Shown: one piece after another, positions 9,146 to 17,741 of the stretch
Layout: each line of letters starts with the position of its first letter
How positions within the stretch are numbered: the first letter of the stretch is position 1
Assembly: GCA_046596155.1 (NCBI GenBank)
Contig: JBKJNF010000251.1
Location: 1-46,785 of the forward strand
DNA: 46,785 bases
From: Flavobacteriales bacterium
GTDB taxonomy: Bacteria > Bacteroidota > Bacteroidia > Flavobacteriales_F > PHOS-HE28
Direction of reading: 5' to 3'
Program-made: the position numbers and the translations under genes
The notes under the pieces: model-generated
Told to the model about the DNA's origin: nothing
Database searches by the model: none
What the model saw: only the letters and a program-made list of their open reading frames with translations

Positions 9146-9940
9146 ATGGACGGAGAACCGCTGAAGAAGATGCTTGTTGGCGTAGAGGCCGGCGAGGTGA
9201 GTTACGCGCTGCACATGGGTTCCTCCACAGTACCCCTAGCTGAGCGTATCGGCCATGAATTCAGTCTGCGCTTTACTGGCGCGCGAACCTGCATGAGCTG
9301 CGGCAAGCGCGTGAAGAAGTTCTATGGGCAGGGCCTCTGCTATCCGTGCCTGATGAATGCTCCAGAGGCCAGCGAGTGCATCGTACGTCCGGAATTGTGC
9401 CGCGCGCATTGGGGCGAAGGACGTGATCCCGTTTGGGAAAAGGAGCACCACTTGACGGAGCATTTCGTGTACCTCTCGCAAACAGGTGGGGTCAAGGTGG
9501 GCGTAACACGCGCCACGCAGATCCCTGTGCGGTGGGTGGATCAGGGCGCGGTGCTGGCGGTGTTGATCGCGCGTACACCCTATCGCCAACTGGCTGGCGC
9601 CATCGAAGTGGACCTCAAACGCTCCCTGGCCGATAGGACGGACTGGCGTAAGATGCTGAAGCAGGTGGTTCCGGACCCCGATGCCCTGATCGCTGCGCGC
9701 GATACGGCGGCGAGCTCCGTTGCCGCCGAATTGAAGGAGTTCATGCTGCCGACGGAAGCACCCCGAACACTGGTCTATCCGCTGCGCGAAACGCTCCCGA
9801 AGATCACCAGCGTCTCATTCGAGAAGCTTCCGGAGATCACCGGTACGTTGCTGGGCATCAAAGGACAGTACCTCCTGTTCAAGGATGGCCGGGTGTTCAA
9901 CGTGCGGAACCATACGGGGTATCACGTTGAGCTGGGGTGA
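9146..9940 (+). CDS. DUF2797-like protein with CxxC-N12-CxxC zinc ribbon
   Basis: ATG at 9146 (MDGEPLKKM...). CMSCGKRVKKFYGQGLCYPC motif. The part of the ORF upstream of 9146 is antisense shadow of the GH3-like gene. Confidence 0.7.
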   Translation: MDGEPLKKMLVGVEAGEVSYALHMGSSTVPLAERIGHEFSLRFTGARTCMSCGKRVKKFYGQGLCYPCLMNAPEASECIVRPELCRAHWGEGRDPVWEKEHHLTEHFVYLSQTGGVKVGVTRATQIPVRWVDQGAVLAVLIARTPYRQLAGAIEVDLKRSLADRTDWRKMLKQVVPDPDALIAARDTAASSVAAELKEFMLPTEAPRTLVYPLRETLPKITSVSFEKLPEITGTLLGIKGQYLLFKDGRVFNVRNHTGYHVELG

Positions 9941-10114
9941 AGTTGGTGGGATCGTTGTGTTTGGCAAAAGGGCGCAGCCAAGCGCTTCAAGCTCGGTTGA
10001 CGCGGCCGCGGTGTTGGAGGATGACCTCCCGCAACAAGCATGTAACCTTTTCGATCCACCCCCGTTACAGTATCCAGGTTTTGGTCGACGAACAGGGTTC
10101 GTTAGGGTTAAAGC

Positions 10115-10144
10115 AAAGGGCCTCCGAGTGATCGGGGGCCCTTT
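10115..10144. terminator. Hairpin between convergent genes (candidate bidirectional terminator)
   Basis: AAAGGGCC (10115-10122) pairs with GGCCCTTT (10137-10144), with an inner CCG/CGG extension. It lies 20 nt beyond the sppA stop. Confidence 0.55.
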
Positions 10145-10163
10145 GTGATAGAAACCCGTCAAC

Positions 10164-12005
10164 TCAATACACCCGCAGATCGAAGGGCATCCGCGCCTGC
10201 ACGCCCATCATGCCGCGGGCTTTCCGCACGGCGTCGAACTGCTGCACCAGCTCCACATCGGCCCCGAAGGCTTCTTCACGCAACCAGGCCTTGGCTCCAC
10301 CGTTGAGACTTTTCACCAGCTCCTTCAATAGGTCCTCCTGCTCGGGATAATCGCGCGTACGGTATTCGCCCTCTTCCAGGTGGGCGAGTTCAGCGGCGCC
10401 CTTGATCGCGACCTCCAGCCCACCGATCTCATCCACCAGGCCGATGCTCTTGGCCGCAATGCCGGTCCACACCCGCCCCTGACCGATGCTATCCACTTGG
10501 GCCAACGTCAGATGCCGGCCTTCGGCTACGCGGCTTTTGAAGGTGTCGTAGAACCGGTCCACATAGCCTTGGATGATGCTCTTCTCCTCCGCCGTGAGAG
10601 GGCGGCTGGTGGTCATCATCCCGGCGTATTTATTCGTTTGTACGCCATCGAAAGTGATGCCGAGCTTGTCATTGAAGAAGCCCTGCATGTTGGGGATGAT
10701 GCCGAACACCCCGATGCTGCCGGTGATGGTATTGGGTTGGGCATAGATCCGGTCGGCCGCACAGCTGATGTAATATCCGCCGCTCGCGGCGAGGTCGCCC
10801 ATACTCACCACTACGGGCTTGCTCTTTTGGGCCAGTGCCACTTCGCGCCAGATCACATCGCTGGCAAGGCCGCTACCTCCAGGGCTGTTCACGCGCAACA
10901 CGATGGCCTTCACCGTGCTGTCCTCCCGCGCTTCGCGGATGGCCGCTCCGATGGTGGTGCTACCAATGCTGCCGTCCTCGCTCTCGCCGCTCATGATATC
11001 GCCTTGTGCATACACCACGGCCACCTTAGTTTTCGATGACGAGCGACCGCGTTTCTCATCCGACTTGCCGCCAGCCGACTTCGACACATACGACCGGGTG
11101 TAGTTGGCCATGCTCGTGGTGTTGATGTCCTTGTCCGCTGGTAGGCCCATTTTTTCCTTCACGATCGCCAGCACCTCGTCGCGGTACTTCACCCCATCCA
11201 CAAAGCCCTGTGTAACGGCATCGGGTGCATGGCGGATCAACATGTTCTCAGCGACCTCGTTCAGCTTGGCTTTGTCCAGCTTGCGCGAATCGCCGATGGC
11301 GGTGAGGTATTGATCCCAAAGGCCGGCGAGCAGTTCGGTCGTCTGCTTCTTGTTGGCATCGCTCATGTGGTCGTAGATGAACGTTTCGCCATAGCTCTTG
11401 AACTGGTTATTGCTGCCCCGGATGAACTGGATGTCGATGCCCAGCTTGTCGAACATGCCCTTGAAGAACATCATCTCCGTGCGCAGCCCACGGAAGTCCA
11501 GATCGCCTTCCGGAACGAGGTACACTTGATCGGCCGCGCTGGCGAGGTAGTAGGTACCCTGCGTGAACATTTCGCCATACGCAATTACCGGTTTGCCGCT
11601 CTCCTTTTTGAACTCAATGATCTTGTCGCGGATCTCCTTCATGGTGGCCATGCGCGCATCCACGCTGAATCCGAGGTCCATGAAGATGCCTTTTACGCGA
11701 TCGTCGGTCTTCGCCTTTTCCAGATCGGCGAGGATGTCGTTCAATCCGAGGTCCCCCGCGTTCTTGAACGGACCGAAGTCGAGCATGATGTTATCCTTCC
11801 TGCCCCGGTCCACGATGGGCTGGCTGAGGTCCATGTGCAACACGGAGTTGTCCTTTACACGGGTGGCCTTGCCTTCGAAGGAGAATTGGCTGCCCGCGGC
11901 GGCAATGCCACCTACGATCATGATGCCGAAAATGAGGCCGATGATCACCGAGCCCAAGATGAACCCGAGCATGGAGGCGAACATAAATTTGAAGAACTGT
12001 CCCAT
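10164..12005 (-). CDS. sppA: Signal peptide peptidase SppA, 67K type
   Basis: N-terminal TM segment followed by two ClpP/crotonase-like peptidase S49 repeats (...SMGDLAASGGYYISCAADRIYAQPNTITGSIGV...). 613 aa. Confidence 0.92.
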   Translation of the reverse strand: MGQFFKFMFASMLGFILGSVIIGLIFGIMIVGGIAAAGSQFSFEGKATRVKDNSVLHMDLSQPIVDRGRKDNIMLDFGPFKNAGDLGLNDILADLEKAKTDDRVKGIFMDLGFSVDARMATMKEIRDKIIEFKKESGKPVIAYGEMFTQGTYYLASAADQVYLVPEGDLDFRGLRTEMMFFKGMFDKLGIDIQFIRGSNNQFKSYGETFIYDHMSDANKKQTTELLAGLWDQYLTAIGDSRKLDKAKLNEVAENMLIRHAPDAVTQGFVDGVKYRDEVLAIVKEKMGLPADKDINTTSMANYTRSYVSKSAGGKSDEKRGRSSSKTKVAVVYAQGDIMSGESEDGSIGSTTIGAAIREAREDSTVKAIVLRVNSPGGSGLASDVIWREVALAQKSKPVVVSMGDLAASGGYYISCAADRIYAQPNTITGSIGVFGIIPNMQGFFNDKLGITFDGVQTNKYAGMMTTSRPLTAEEKSIIQGYVDRFYDTFKSRVAEGRHLTLAQVDSIGQGRVWTGIAAKSIGLVDEIGGLEVAIKGAAELAHLEEGEYRTRDYPEQEDLLKELVKSLNGGAKAWLREEAFGADVELVQQFDAVRKARGMMGVQARMPFDLRVY

Positions 12006-12328
12006 GAGGCGAAAGGTGTTTTGCGATAACGCCGGAGACTGCCCGAGCGATGATGCGAAAGTAGAAGGGCCGGTGAGGGCTTACTGTTTGGACTACATGA
12101 ACGGTGCAAGGGGTATGGTGGGCGGAAGTTGCAGCGGGCAACCGCTCGTGCCGCCTGCTCTGAACGGAACTATATTTCAACAATACGCCCGACCTGGAAG
12201 TGCACGCGACCCAGGCTTGAGGCCGAAGTAACGGTCGTCGGGTGGGCCCGTTGTGCAAAAAATGATCCGTGCGGAGCCAATAGCTTCGCCGCCACGCCAT
12301 TGCGATCATGCGTATCGGCGTGCATTCC

Positions 12329-12796
12329 ATGGACGTTGTCCTACTTCTGGGCGGAAATCTGGGCGAGCCGGTCGCCACGCTTGGACGCGCGGAGGGATTG
12401 CTCGGCGAACGCGTTGGAAAGGTGCTGGCACGCAGCCGCGATCATTGGACAGAACCTTGGGAATTTGTGGACCACCGGCTGTTCCTCAACCGCGCATTGC
12501 TGGTGTCCACGGATCTCGATGCGCGTCTTGTATTGCATACATGCCTGGATATTGAACGCGCACTGGGCCGCATGCGTAGCGCGGAGCCCGGCTATGTGGC
12601 GCGCAAGATCGATATCGACCTGCTCTTCTTCGGCGACCGCGTAGTGGACGAACCAGGACTCCACGTTCCCCATCCGCGTGTGCACGAACGTGCGTTCGCA
12701 CTGGCTCCCGTGGCCGACATTGCCCCGGCCCTTCTCCATCCCACCTTGCATCGCACCGTGCTCGATCTGCTGAACGATGTTGTCCAACTTGCCTGA
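12329..12796 (+). CDS. folK: 2-amino-4-hydroxy-6-hydroxymethyldihydropteridine diphosphokinase
   Basis: VVLLLGGNLG...W.EPWEF...RKIDIDLLFFGD...L.VPHPRVHERAFALAP are HPPK hallmarks. ATG at 12329 preferred over 12308. Confidence 0.9.
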   Translation: MDVVLLLGGNLGEPVATLGRAEGLLGERVGKVLARSRDHWTEPWEFVDHRLFLNRALLVSTDLDARLVLHTCLDIERALGRMRSAEPGYVARKIDIDLLFFGDRVVDEPGLHVPHPRVHERAFALAPVADIAPALLHPTLHRTVLDLLNDVVQLA

Positions 12797-13463
12797 ACCC
12801 CTGATCATGGACGCTGACGCCTCCGCCAGCCTTACCGCGCCCGGCTATGTTGCCATCGAAGGGCTCATTGGCGCAGGAAAGACCACCCTCACCAAGCGGC
12901 TGGCTGAGCAGTGGGGCGGCCGCATCGTACTGGAGGAGTTCGAGGACAATCCTTTCCTACCGCGCTTTTATGAGGACCAGCAGCGATACGCCTTCAGTGT
13001 GGAGCTGTCCTTCCTCGCGCAACGCTACCACCAACTGAAGCGGGTGGGCGAACGCAGTCTGTTCGAAACCGTCACCGTGGCTGATTATTCCATCGGAAAA
13101 TCACTCGTATTCGCCAAGGTAACGCTGCCGCCTGACGAATATGCCCTGTTCCTGGATCTATATATGATCATGTACGGCGGATTGCCGCGTCCGGAACTGC
13201 TGGTGTACCTGCATCTGCCGATGGGTCGTGTTCGGGAACGGATCCGTTCTCGTGGGAGGAGTTATGAACAATCCATCCCGGTGGCGTACTTGGAACGACT
13301 GCAGGAAGGCTATTTGGATCACCTGCAGAAATCCGCTAGCCAAAGCTCGCTGGTGATCGACCTTGGCGAGAACGACCTATTGCAGGACCAAGGGGCGTAT
13401 GAAGAGGTACAGCGATTACTCGGAACTCGGCATGGACCAGGCTATAAGGTCATCCGGCTGTGA
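12777..13463 (+). CDS. Deoxynucleoside kinase family protein (second copy in window)
   Basis: YVAIEGLIGAGKTTLTKRL P-loop and NPFLPRFYEDQQRYAFSVELSFLAQR. The ATG at 12777 overlaps the folK end by 20 nt. An alternative ATG lies at 12807. Confidence 0.85.
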   Translation: MLSNLPEPLIMDADASASLTAPGYVAIEGLIGAGKTTLTKRLAEQWGGRIVLEEFEDNPFLPRFYEDQQRYAFSVELSFLAQRYHQLKRVGERSLFETVTVADYSIGKSLVFAKVTLPPDEYALFLDLYMIMYGGLPRPELLVYLHLPMGRVRERIRSRGRSYEQSIPVAYLERLQEGYLDHLQKSASQSSLVIDLGENDLLQDQGAYEEVQRLLGTRHGPGYKVIRL

Positions 13464-13565
13464 TCCACACGTCGACTGTGGACAAATGTTCGTCGTAATA
13501 ACGGGTATCAGCGAATGTGGGCGGTTACTTTCGCCGCAAGTTACACTGACCTAAAGATCGAACAC

Positions 13566-15320
13566 ATGGAAAAAAAGCACCTACACGGCCTCGGCCTGGT
13601 GCTCGGGGCGGCACTGGTGATGACCAGCTGCGGTGGCCTCGGCAAAATGAACAAGTATGCATCGACCATCACATATACGGTGGACCCCAATCCGCTGATC
13701 GTGAAAGGGGATACTGTGCATGTGAACGTCAACGGGAACTTCCCCGGCAAGTATTTCTATAAGAAGGCCCAAGTGGAGCTTACGCCCACGATCGTGACCG
13801 GTATGGAAGGCATGATGGAGACCAACGGTGTTTGGGCGCCCAAGAACGGCACCGAGACCCCGCTGAAAATGGTCGGCTTCCAGGGGGAAAAGGCCGCAGG
13901 CAACTACACCGTGGTGCCTTACGAGACCGGCAAGAGCTTCTCTTACAGCGACCAGGTGGCCTACAACCCCGCCATGGAGCAGAGCCAGCTGATGCTGAAG
14001 ATGCAGGGCAAGCAGGGTAAGAAGGAGAAACCCTTTACCCCCATCAAACTGGCCGACGGTGTGATCACCACGCCCTATCTGATGATGAACGATGACAAGG
14101 TGATCATGGCGAAGGACAACTTCCAGCGCATCACTAGCCAGATGATGGCTTCCACGATCAACTATCTGGTGGCCTCGGAGACCGTCCGCCCCACCGAGCT
14201 GAAGGACGCCGACCTGAAGGCCATGGCGGCCTTCGTTAAGGCAAATGCCAAGAGCGAGCGGATCGCGCTGACCGGTGTTACGGTGGATGCCTATGCTTCC
14301 CCAGAAGGTGAGATCCTCATGAACGATGGCCTGGCCGAAAAGCGCGCCAAGACCGCCAAGACCTGGCTCGCTGGCGAGCTCAGCCGCAACAAGTTCCGTA
14401 AGGGAATGATCGATTCGCTCTTCGTCCTGAACGCGCGTGGTGAGGACTGGGATGGTTTCCGCATCGCTATGCAGGCCAGTAACTTCAAGGACAAGGACCT
14501 TGTGTTGCGCGTGCTGGAGATGTATCCAGACGTGGAGAAGCGCGAAAGCGAGATCAAGAACATGGCCGCCACCTACAAGGAAGTGGCAGAAGACATACTG
14601 CCCGCACTGCGCCGCTCGGAGATCAAGCTGAACTACAACAAGGTGGGCTACAGCGATGAGGAGCTCAGCCAAATGAGCAAGACCTCGCCCGACAGTCTGA
14701 ACGTGGAGGAACTGCTTAAAGCCGCCGCTAATAGCACCGACATGAGCGAGCAACTGCGCATCTACAAGGAGTGTGAGCGCGTGCACGCCACCGACTACCG
14801 CGCTGCCAACAACGTAGGCTGCATCTATTACAGCCAGAACAAGATGGCCGAAGCTGAAGCTCAGTTCCAGAAGGCGAACAGCATCATGGATAACCCCATC
14901 AGCACGAATAACTTGGCCGCCATCACCCGCCAGAAGGGTGATCGCAAGAAGGCGATGGAGATGCTGAAGAAGAGCACCAGCGCTGGTAGCGAGGTGAGCT
15001 ACAACATGGGCCTCATTCACATCCAGAACGGCGACTATGCCAACGCCAGCAGCAGCATGAGCGGCACCAACGACTACAACGCCGCACTGGCAAAAGTGCT
15101 TGGTGGTGATGCAGCTGGTGCACAATCCATCCTGCAGCAGAGCGCGGACAAGGACAGCCCCAAAGGCCACTACCTCATGGCGATCATCGGTGCCCGACAG
15201 AACAACGGCGACCTGGTGCGCAATGAGCTGGCTGCCGCTGTTCGCGGCGATGCAAGCCTGAAGGAGAAGGCCATGAAGGACCTCGAGTTCCGCGCCTTCA
15301 AGGACAACCTCGGCCTCTAA
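13566..15320 (+). CDS. Lipoprotein with C-terminal TPR-like repeats (hypothetical)
   Basis: The ATG at 13566 gives MEKKHLHGLGLVLGAALVMTSCGG (lipobox). An ...DAYASPEGE...N..LAEKRAK segment resembles OmpA-like modules. The C-terminal half has TPR-like AANNVGCIYYSQNKMAEAEAQFQKA repeats. Confidence 0.7.
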   Translation: MEKKHLHGLGLVLGAALVMTSCGGLGKMNKYASTITYTVDPNPLIVKGDTVHVNVNGNFPGKYFYKKAQVELTPTIVTGMEGMMETNGVWAPKNGTETPLKMVGFQGEKAAGNYTVVPYETGKSFSYSDQVAYNPAMEQSQLMLKMQGKQGKKEKPFTPIKLADGVITTPYLMMNDDKVIMAKDNFQRITSQMMASTINYLVASETVRPTELKDADLKAMAAFVKANAKSERIALTGVTVDAYASPEGEILMNDGLAEKRAKTAKTWLAGELSRNKFRKGMIDSLFVLNARGEDWDGFRIAMQASNFKDKDLVLRVLEMYPDVEKRESEIKNMAATYKEVAEDILPALRRSEIKLNYNKVGYSDEELSQMSKTSPDSLNVEELLKAAANSTDMSEQLRIYKECERVHATDYRAANNVGCIYYSQNKMAEAEAQFQKANSIMDNPISTNNLAAITRQKGDRKKAMEMLKKSTSAGSEVSYNMGLIHIQNGDYANASSSMSGTNDYNAALAKVLGGDAAGAQSILQQSADKDSPKGHYLMAIIGARQNNGDLVRNELAAAVRGDASLKEKAMKDLEFRAFKDNLGL

Positions 15321-15342
15321 GCCGGATCCGAGCAACGATCAC

Positions 15343-15378
15343 CGAAGCCCTCGACATACGTCGGGGGCTTCGTCGTTC
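15343..15378 (+). terminator. Terminator hairpin after the TPR lipoprotein gene
   Basis: A 13-bp stem, CGAAGCCCTCGAC / GTCGGGGGCTTCG (one G-U pair), with an ATAC loop, 23 nt after the stop. The trailing T-tract (TCGTTC) is weak. Confidence 0.6.
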
Positions 15379-15513
15379 ACGATGACCAAAAAGCCAGAAG
15401 TTCCAGCCGCACCGGTGCTCGGGCCTCCTCTGTTCCACACATTTTCAGGAAAACGGATATTGTACGAGGAGACTAAGTCGCTGCGGAATGGTGGATCACA
15501 TACATTCGGTTAA

Positions 15514-15855
15514 ATGGCACGAGAGACCCGCTCGGCTGAGTGCACTCTACCGGAGGCTGAACTCTCGCGCAAGAGTGGGCTGCTTGTCGATGTCCGTGAT
15601 CAGCACGCCCCACATGGCGCGACTCTACACTTGCTCCCGAATATCTCCGAAGAGGACTGAGCGGGGCTGCGGGTGGGCAAGGCCGTCCACTCGGACCCAA
15701 CCCGGAACTACGCGCGCTTGGCGTAGGCCGCGCTACGTCCACAGAAGATCGGGAACAATCCCTTCAACAGGATACCCACGCGCTGGAACACAGCTCATCA
15801 GCGGCGGAAGTATCGCGCCAGAGTGGGCCAGAGTGGGCAGCGGTCCTCGGCGTGA
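15514..15855 (+). pseudogene. Possible relic of a single-domain rhodanese-like gene (in-frame TGA and TAG, catalytic Cys lost)
   Basis: Frame +1 reads MARETRSAECTLPEAELSRKSGLLVDVRDQHAPHGATLHLLPNISEED*AGLRVGKAVHSDPTRNYARLA*AALRPQKIGNNPFNRIPTRWNTA. The LLVDVRD motif and the ..AVHS.. stretch at the expected active-site position fit a rhodanese domain. So does the Trp exactly 31 residues downstream of the Ser at that position, as in E. coli GlpE from memory. This is recognition by eye only. Confidence 0.3.
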
Positions 15856-15901
15856 ACGCACGGAACCAGCGGTGATGCAATTCGAAGGCGCCTTGAACGG
15901 A

Positions 15902-15929
15902 ACAAGGCCTCCGCTACCGGAAGCCTTGT
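15902..15929 (-). terminator. Hairpin downstream of the beta-barrel gene
   Basis: ACAAGGCCTCCG (15902-15913) pairs with CGGAAGCCTTGT (15918-15929), with one mismatch. It starts 26 nt after the stop of 15955..16920. The U-tract is weak. Confidence 0.45.
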
Positions 15930-15954
15930 CGCGCTTATTCGATCGGACCGTCGC

Positions 15955-16920
15955 TTAGAACACGATCTTCTGACGGCGTATGCGTGTGCGGTACTTGTGG
16001 CCTCCCTGGGTCTTGTACTTGAAGACCTTGTACGTCGCCTGGAACTTCAAGAAGAGATAGGCATCCAGATCGGTCGGGTCACCGCGCTGTGCACCCGTTC
16101 CGGTGGCATAGGGACCACCCGCTTCTGGCAAGTCCAGCGCAGGATTGGCCAGGTAGGCCGCCAGGTCGCCATGCGCGGCTGCCAACGCTGATGGGTCATA
16201 GTAACTGGTACTCACATCATCGATGTAATCCGTAAAGGTCTTGGTGTACTGTATCTCTAAGCCGACGCTCCATTGCTTTGTGATGGCCTTGCGAAGGCCC
16301 ACCCCCATGGGGATGCAGGGCTGAAATTGACTGTATTCCTTGGGGCCGTCGGGCAATCCCTGCCCCTCCGTGCCTAGCGGGCGCAGAGGGACATAGGCAT
16401 TGTTGATCAACGCCTTGGGGTCAAAGTAGAAGCCACCCAAACCAGCGAACAAGTACAACCCTACCCGCGAGGATTTCGTTCCCTTGACACCGCGCAAGTC
16501 ATAGATGTGACCGAGTTCCTCCTTGTAAAGGTGAAGTTCGTAGCAGAGCTGAAGTTCGTATATGTCCGTCTTGAAGTTGAGATTCCGGTTATTCCGGAAG
16601 GTCTCCTGGGTCAAGTTGTCATTACCCGCTAGGATGCCATAGGTGAAGTTCAACCGCAAGGACTGCCTCTCGGCAATGTGATAGCGATAACCCAAGCTGA
16701 CCGCAGGCTTCGTCTGGCTGAACTCCAGGTCCCACACAAAAGGCGACCCGATCTGGTCCCTCCCACCGAGCTCACCCAAGAAGTTGGAGATACCGAGCCC
16801 GATGATGTATTCGCTACGGTGCGTCTTCCAGTAGCCTGAGTTGCGGAAATACTGTCCAGAGGACTGCAGGGAGAGCAGTCCAAAGAGCAATACCAATAAC
16901 TGGGGTAGACGTACCTTCAA
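15955..16920 (-). CDS. Outer-membrane beta-barrel protein (DUF6089-like)
   Basis: Alternating beta-strand pattern with aromatic strand ends. C-terminal ...RIRRQKIVF ends in Phe. A TTG start at 16920 (or 16926) gives MKVRLPQLLVLLFGLLSLQSSGQ, a signal peptide. The track extension to 17133 would overlap the upstream trmH-like gene. Confidence 0.75.
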   Translation of the reverse strand: MKVRLPQLLVLLFGLLSLQSSGQYFRNSGYWKTHRSEYIIGLGISNFLGELGGRDQIGSPFVWDLEFSQTKPAVSLGYRYHIAERQSLRLNFTYGILAGNDNLTQETFRNNRNLNFKTDIYELQLCYELHLYKEELGHIYDLRGVKGTKSSRVGLYLFAGLGGFYFDPKALINNAYVPLRPLGTEGQGLPDGPKEYSQFQPCIPMGVGLRKAITKQWSVGLEIQYTKTFTDYIDDVSTSYYDPSALAAAHGDLAAYLANPALDLPEAGGPYATGTGAQRGDPTDLDAYLFLKFQATYKVFKYKTQGGHKYRTRIRRQKIVF

Positions 16921-16943
16921 GAGCAATACCGGGCTATGGTCGC

Positions 16944-16976
16944 CAAATATAGGAGGACAGGACCAGTACGAAGCAA
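16944..16976 (-). promoter_or_regulatory. Bacteroidota-type promoter for the beta-barrel gene
   Basis: On the minus strand there is a perfect TATATTTG (-7 box, plus coordinates 16944-16951). A TTG lies 22 nt upstream (16974-16976). The box sits about 24 nt upstream of the proposed TTG start. Confidence 0.45.
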
Positions 16977-17045
16977 GTGCCCCGTCTGTTTCCTCAAAGA
17001 CAGGACTTTCACCACGGGGTTGCTTAGGGGTGGCCCACTTCTTTT

Positions 17046-17645
17046 TCAAACGATCAGGCGTGGACCTTCGACGCATCGATCCAAGCCCGGCGCAGCGGTT
17101 CCAGCGACATGATGCAGCACGATGCCGGCGCATACAGAGACGTTCAACGAGTGTTTGGTACCGGTTTGCGGGATGACCACGCAGCCATGGCTGGCCTGCA
17201 CTACCGCATCGGAAACGCCACTCAGTTCATTGCCCAACACGATGGCCAGGGGCGCCGCACGGCCTTGCGGGCGCTCCCGCATCCAGGTCCATTCATGCAG
17301 CGGAACGGCATGGACCGTTTGCTCCACGCACCACACCTGGTAGCCCGCCTGCTTAAGCTCCTGCAGAGCTTCCAAGGTGCTTGGGTGGTGCTCCCAGGGG
17401 ACCGACAGGGTGGCCCCTAATGCTGTTTTCTCGATCTCGCGATGCGGGGGACATGGTGTAAAACCACAAAGCTGCAGGCCTTCCAAAGCAAAGGCATCCG
17501 CTGTGCGAAAGATACTGCCCACATTGTGCCGACTGCGCACATTGTCCAGCACCACCCGCACAGGCACCTTCACCATCCCTTGGTATTGCTGCAGGCCGAC
17601 GCGTCCCAATTCCTCCATGGAAAGCTTGCGATCGTTGCTGGGCAT
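17046..17645 (-). CDS. TrmH/SpoU-family RNA 2'-O-methyltransferase
   Basis: VLDNVRSRHNVGSIFRTADAF..., LGNELSGVS and SLNVSVCAGIVLH are the three SpoU motifs. Confidence 0.88.
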   Translation of the reverse strand: MPSNDRKLSMEELGRVGLQQYQGMVKVPVRVVLDNVRSRHNVGSIFRTADAFALEGLQLCGFTPCPPHREIEKTALGATLSVPWEHHPSTLEALQELKQAGYQVWCVEQTVHAVPLHEWTWMRERPQGRAAPLAIVLGNELSGVSDAVVQASHGCVVIPQTGTKHSLNVSVCAGIVLHHVAGTAAPGLDRCVEGPRLIV

Positions 17646-17741
17646 GGGGGGTAATGTTGAAAACTGAGCGCGTGAACGCCCCTGGAGAGGATCTATTTTT
17701 CCGGGCTGAACGCCGCACAGGGCGGGGCGAAAGTAGCGGCG

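Noticed and set aside
12006-12328. A ~320-bp divergent spacer between sppA and folK. It contains a GC-rich stem-loop with a GCAA tetraloop (12121-12155) and a TATATTTC box (12171-12178).
   Set aside because: The stem-loop is short and unaccompanied by any recognisable riboswitch or ncRNA core. The box has a mismatch at the conserved G and no TTG at the expected distance. It is plausibly just promoter DNA, too weak to call.
5950-13463. Two deoxynucleoside kinases, folK (and, further on, thyA-folA and ade) considered as a possible nucleotide-modification or salvage 'system'.
   Set aside because: These are standard, individually well-understood salvage and folate housekeeping genes. The folK/dNK adjacency is common in this phylum and the genes are not contiguous.
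13581-15335. A 584-aa ORF antisense to the whole TPR lipoprotein gene. Similar long antisense or alternative-frame ORFs occur at 396..1424, 3987..4814, 10380..11039, 19140..20294, 24977..26143, 28301..29023, 29589..30401 and 41203..42030.
   Set aside because: These are typical shadow ORFs of GC-rich genes with high GC3. Their translations are dominated by Ala/Gly/His/Leu/Val/Arg runs with no motifs. Each lies fully inside a gene with a strong family signature on the other strand.
15373-15954. Searched the long gap on both strands for RNase P RNA, tmRNA, SRP RNA and a hammerhead ribozyme. CTGATGAG is present on the minus strand at 15794-15801.
   Set aside because: There is no GAGGAAAGTCC or ACAGAAnCCGGCTTA (RNase P). 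There is no tRNA-like GGTTCGAnTCC...CCACCA end (tmRNA). There is no GGTCCGGAAGGAAGCAGCC core (SRP RNA). The CTGATGAG is not followed by a stem II plus CGAAA, so the hammerhead core is incomplete.
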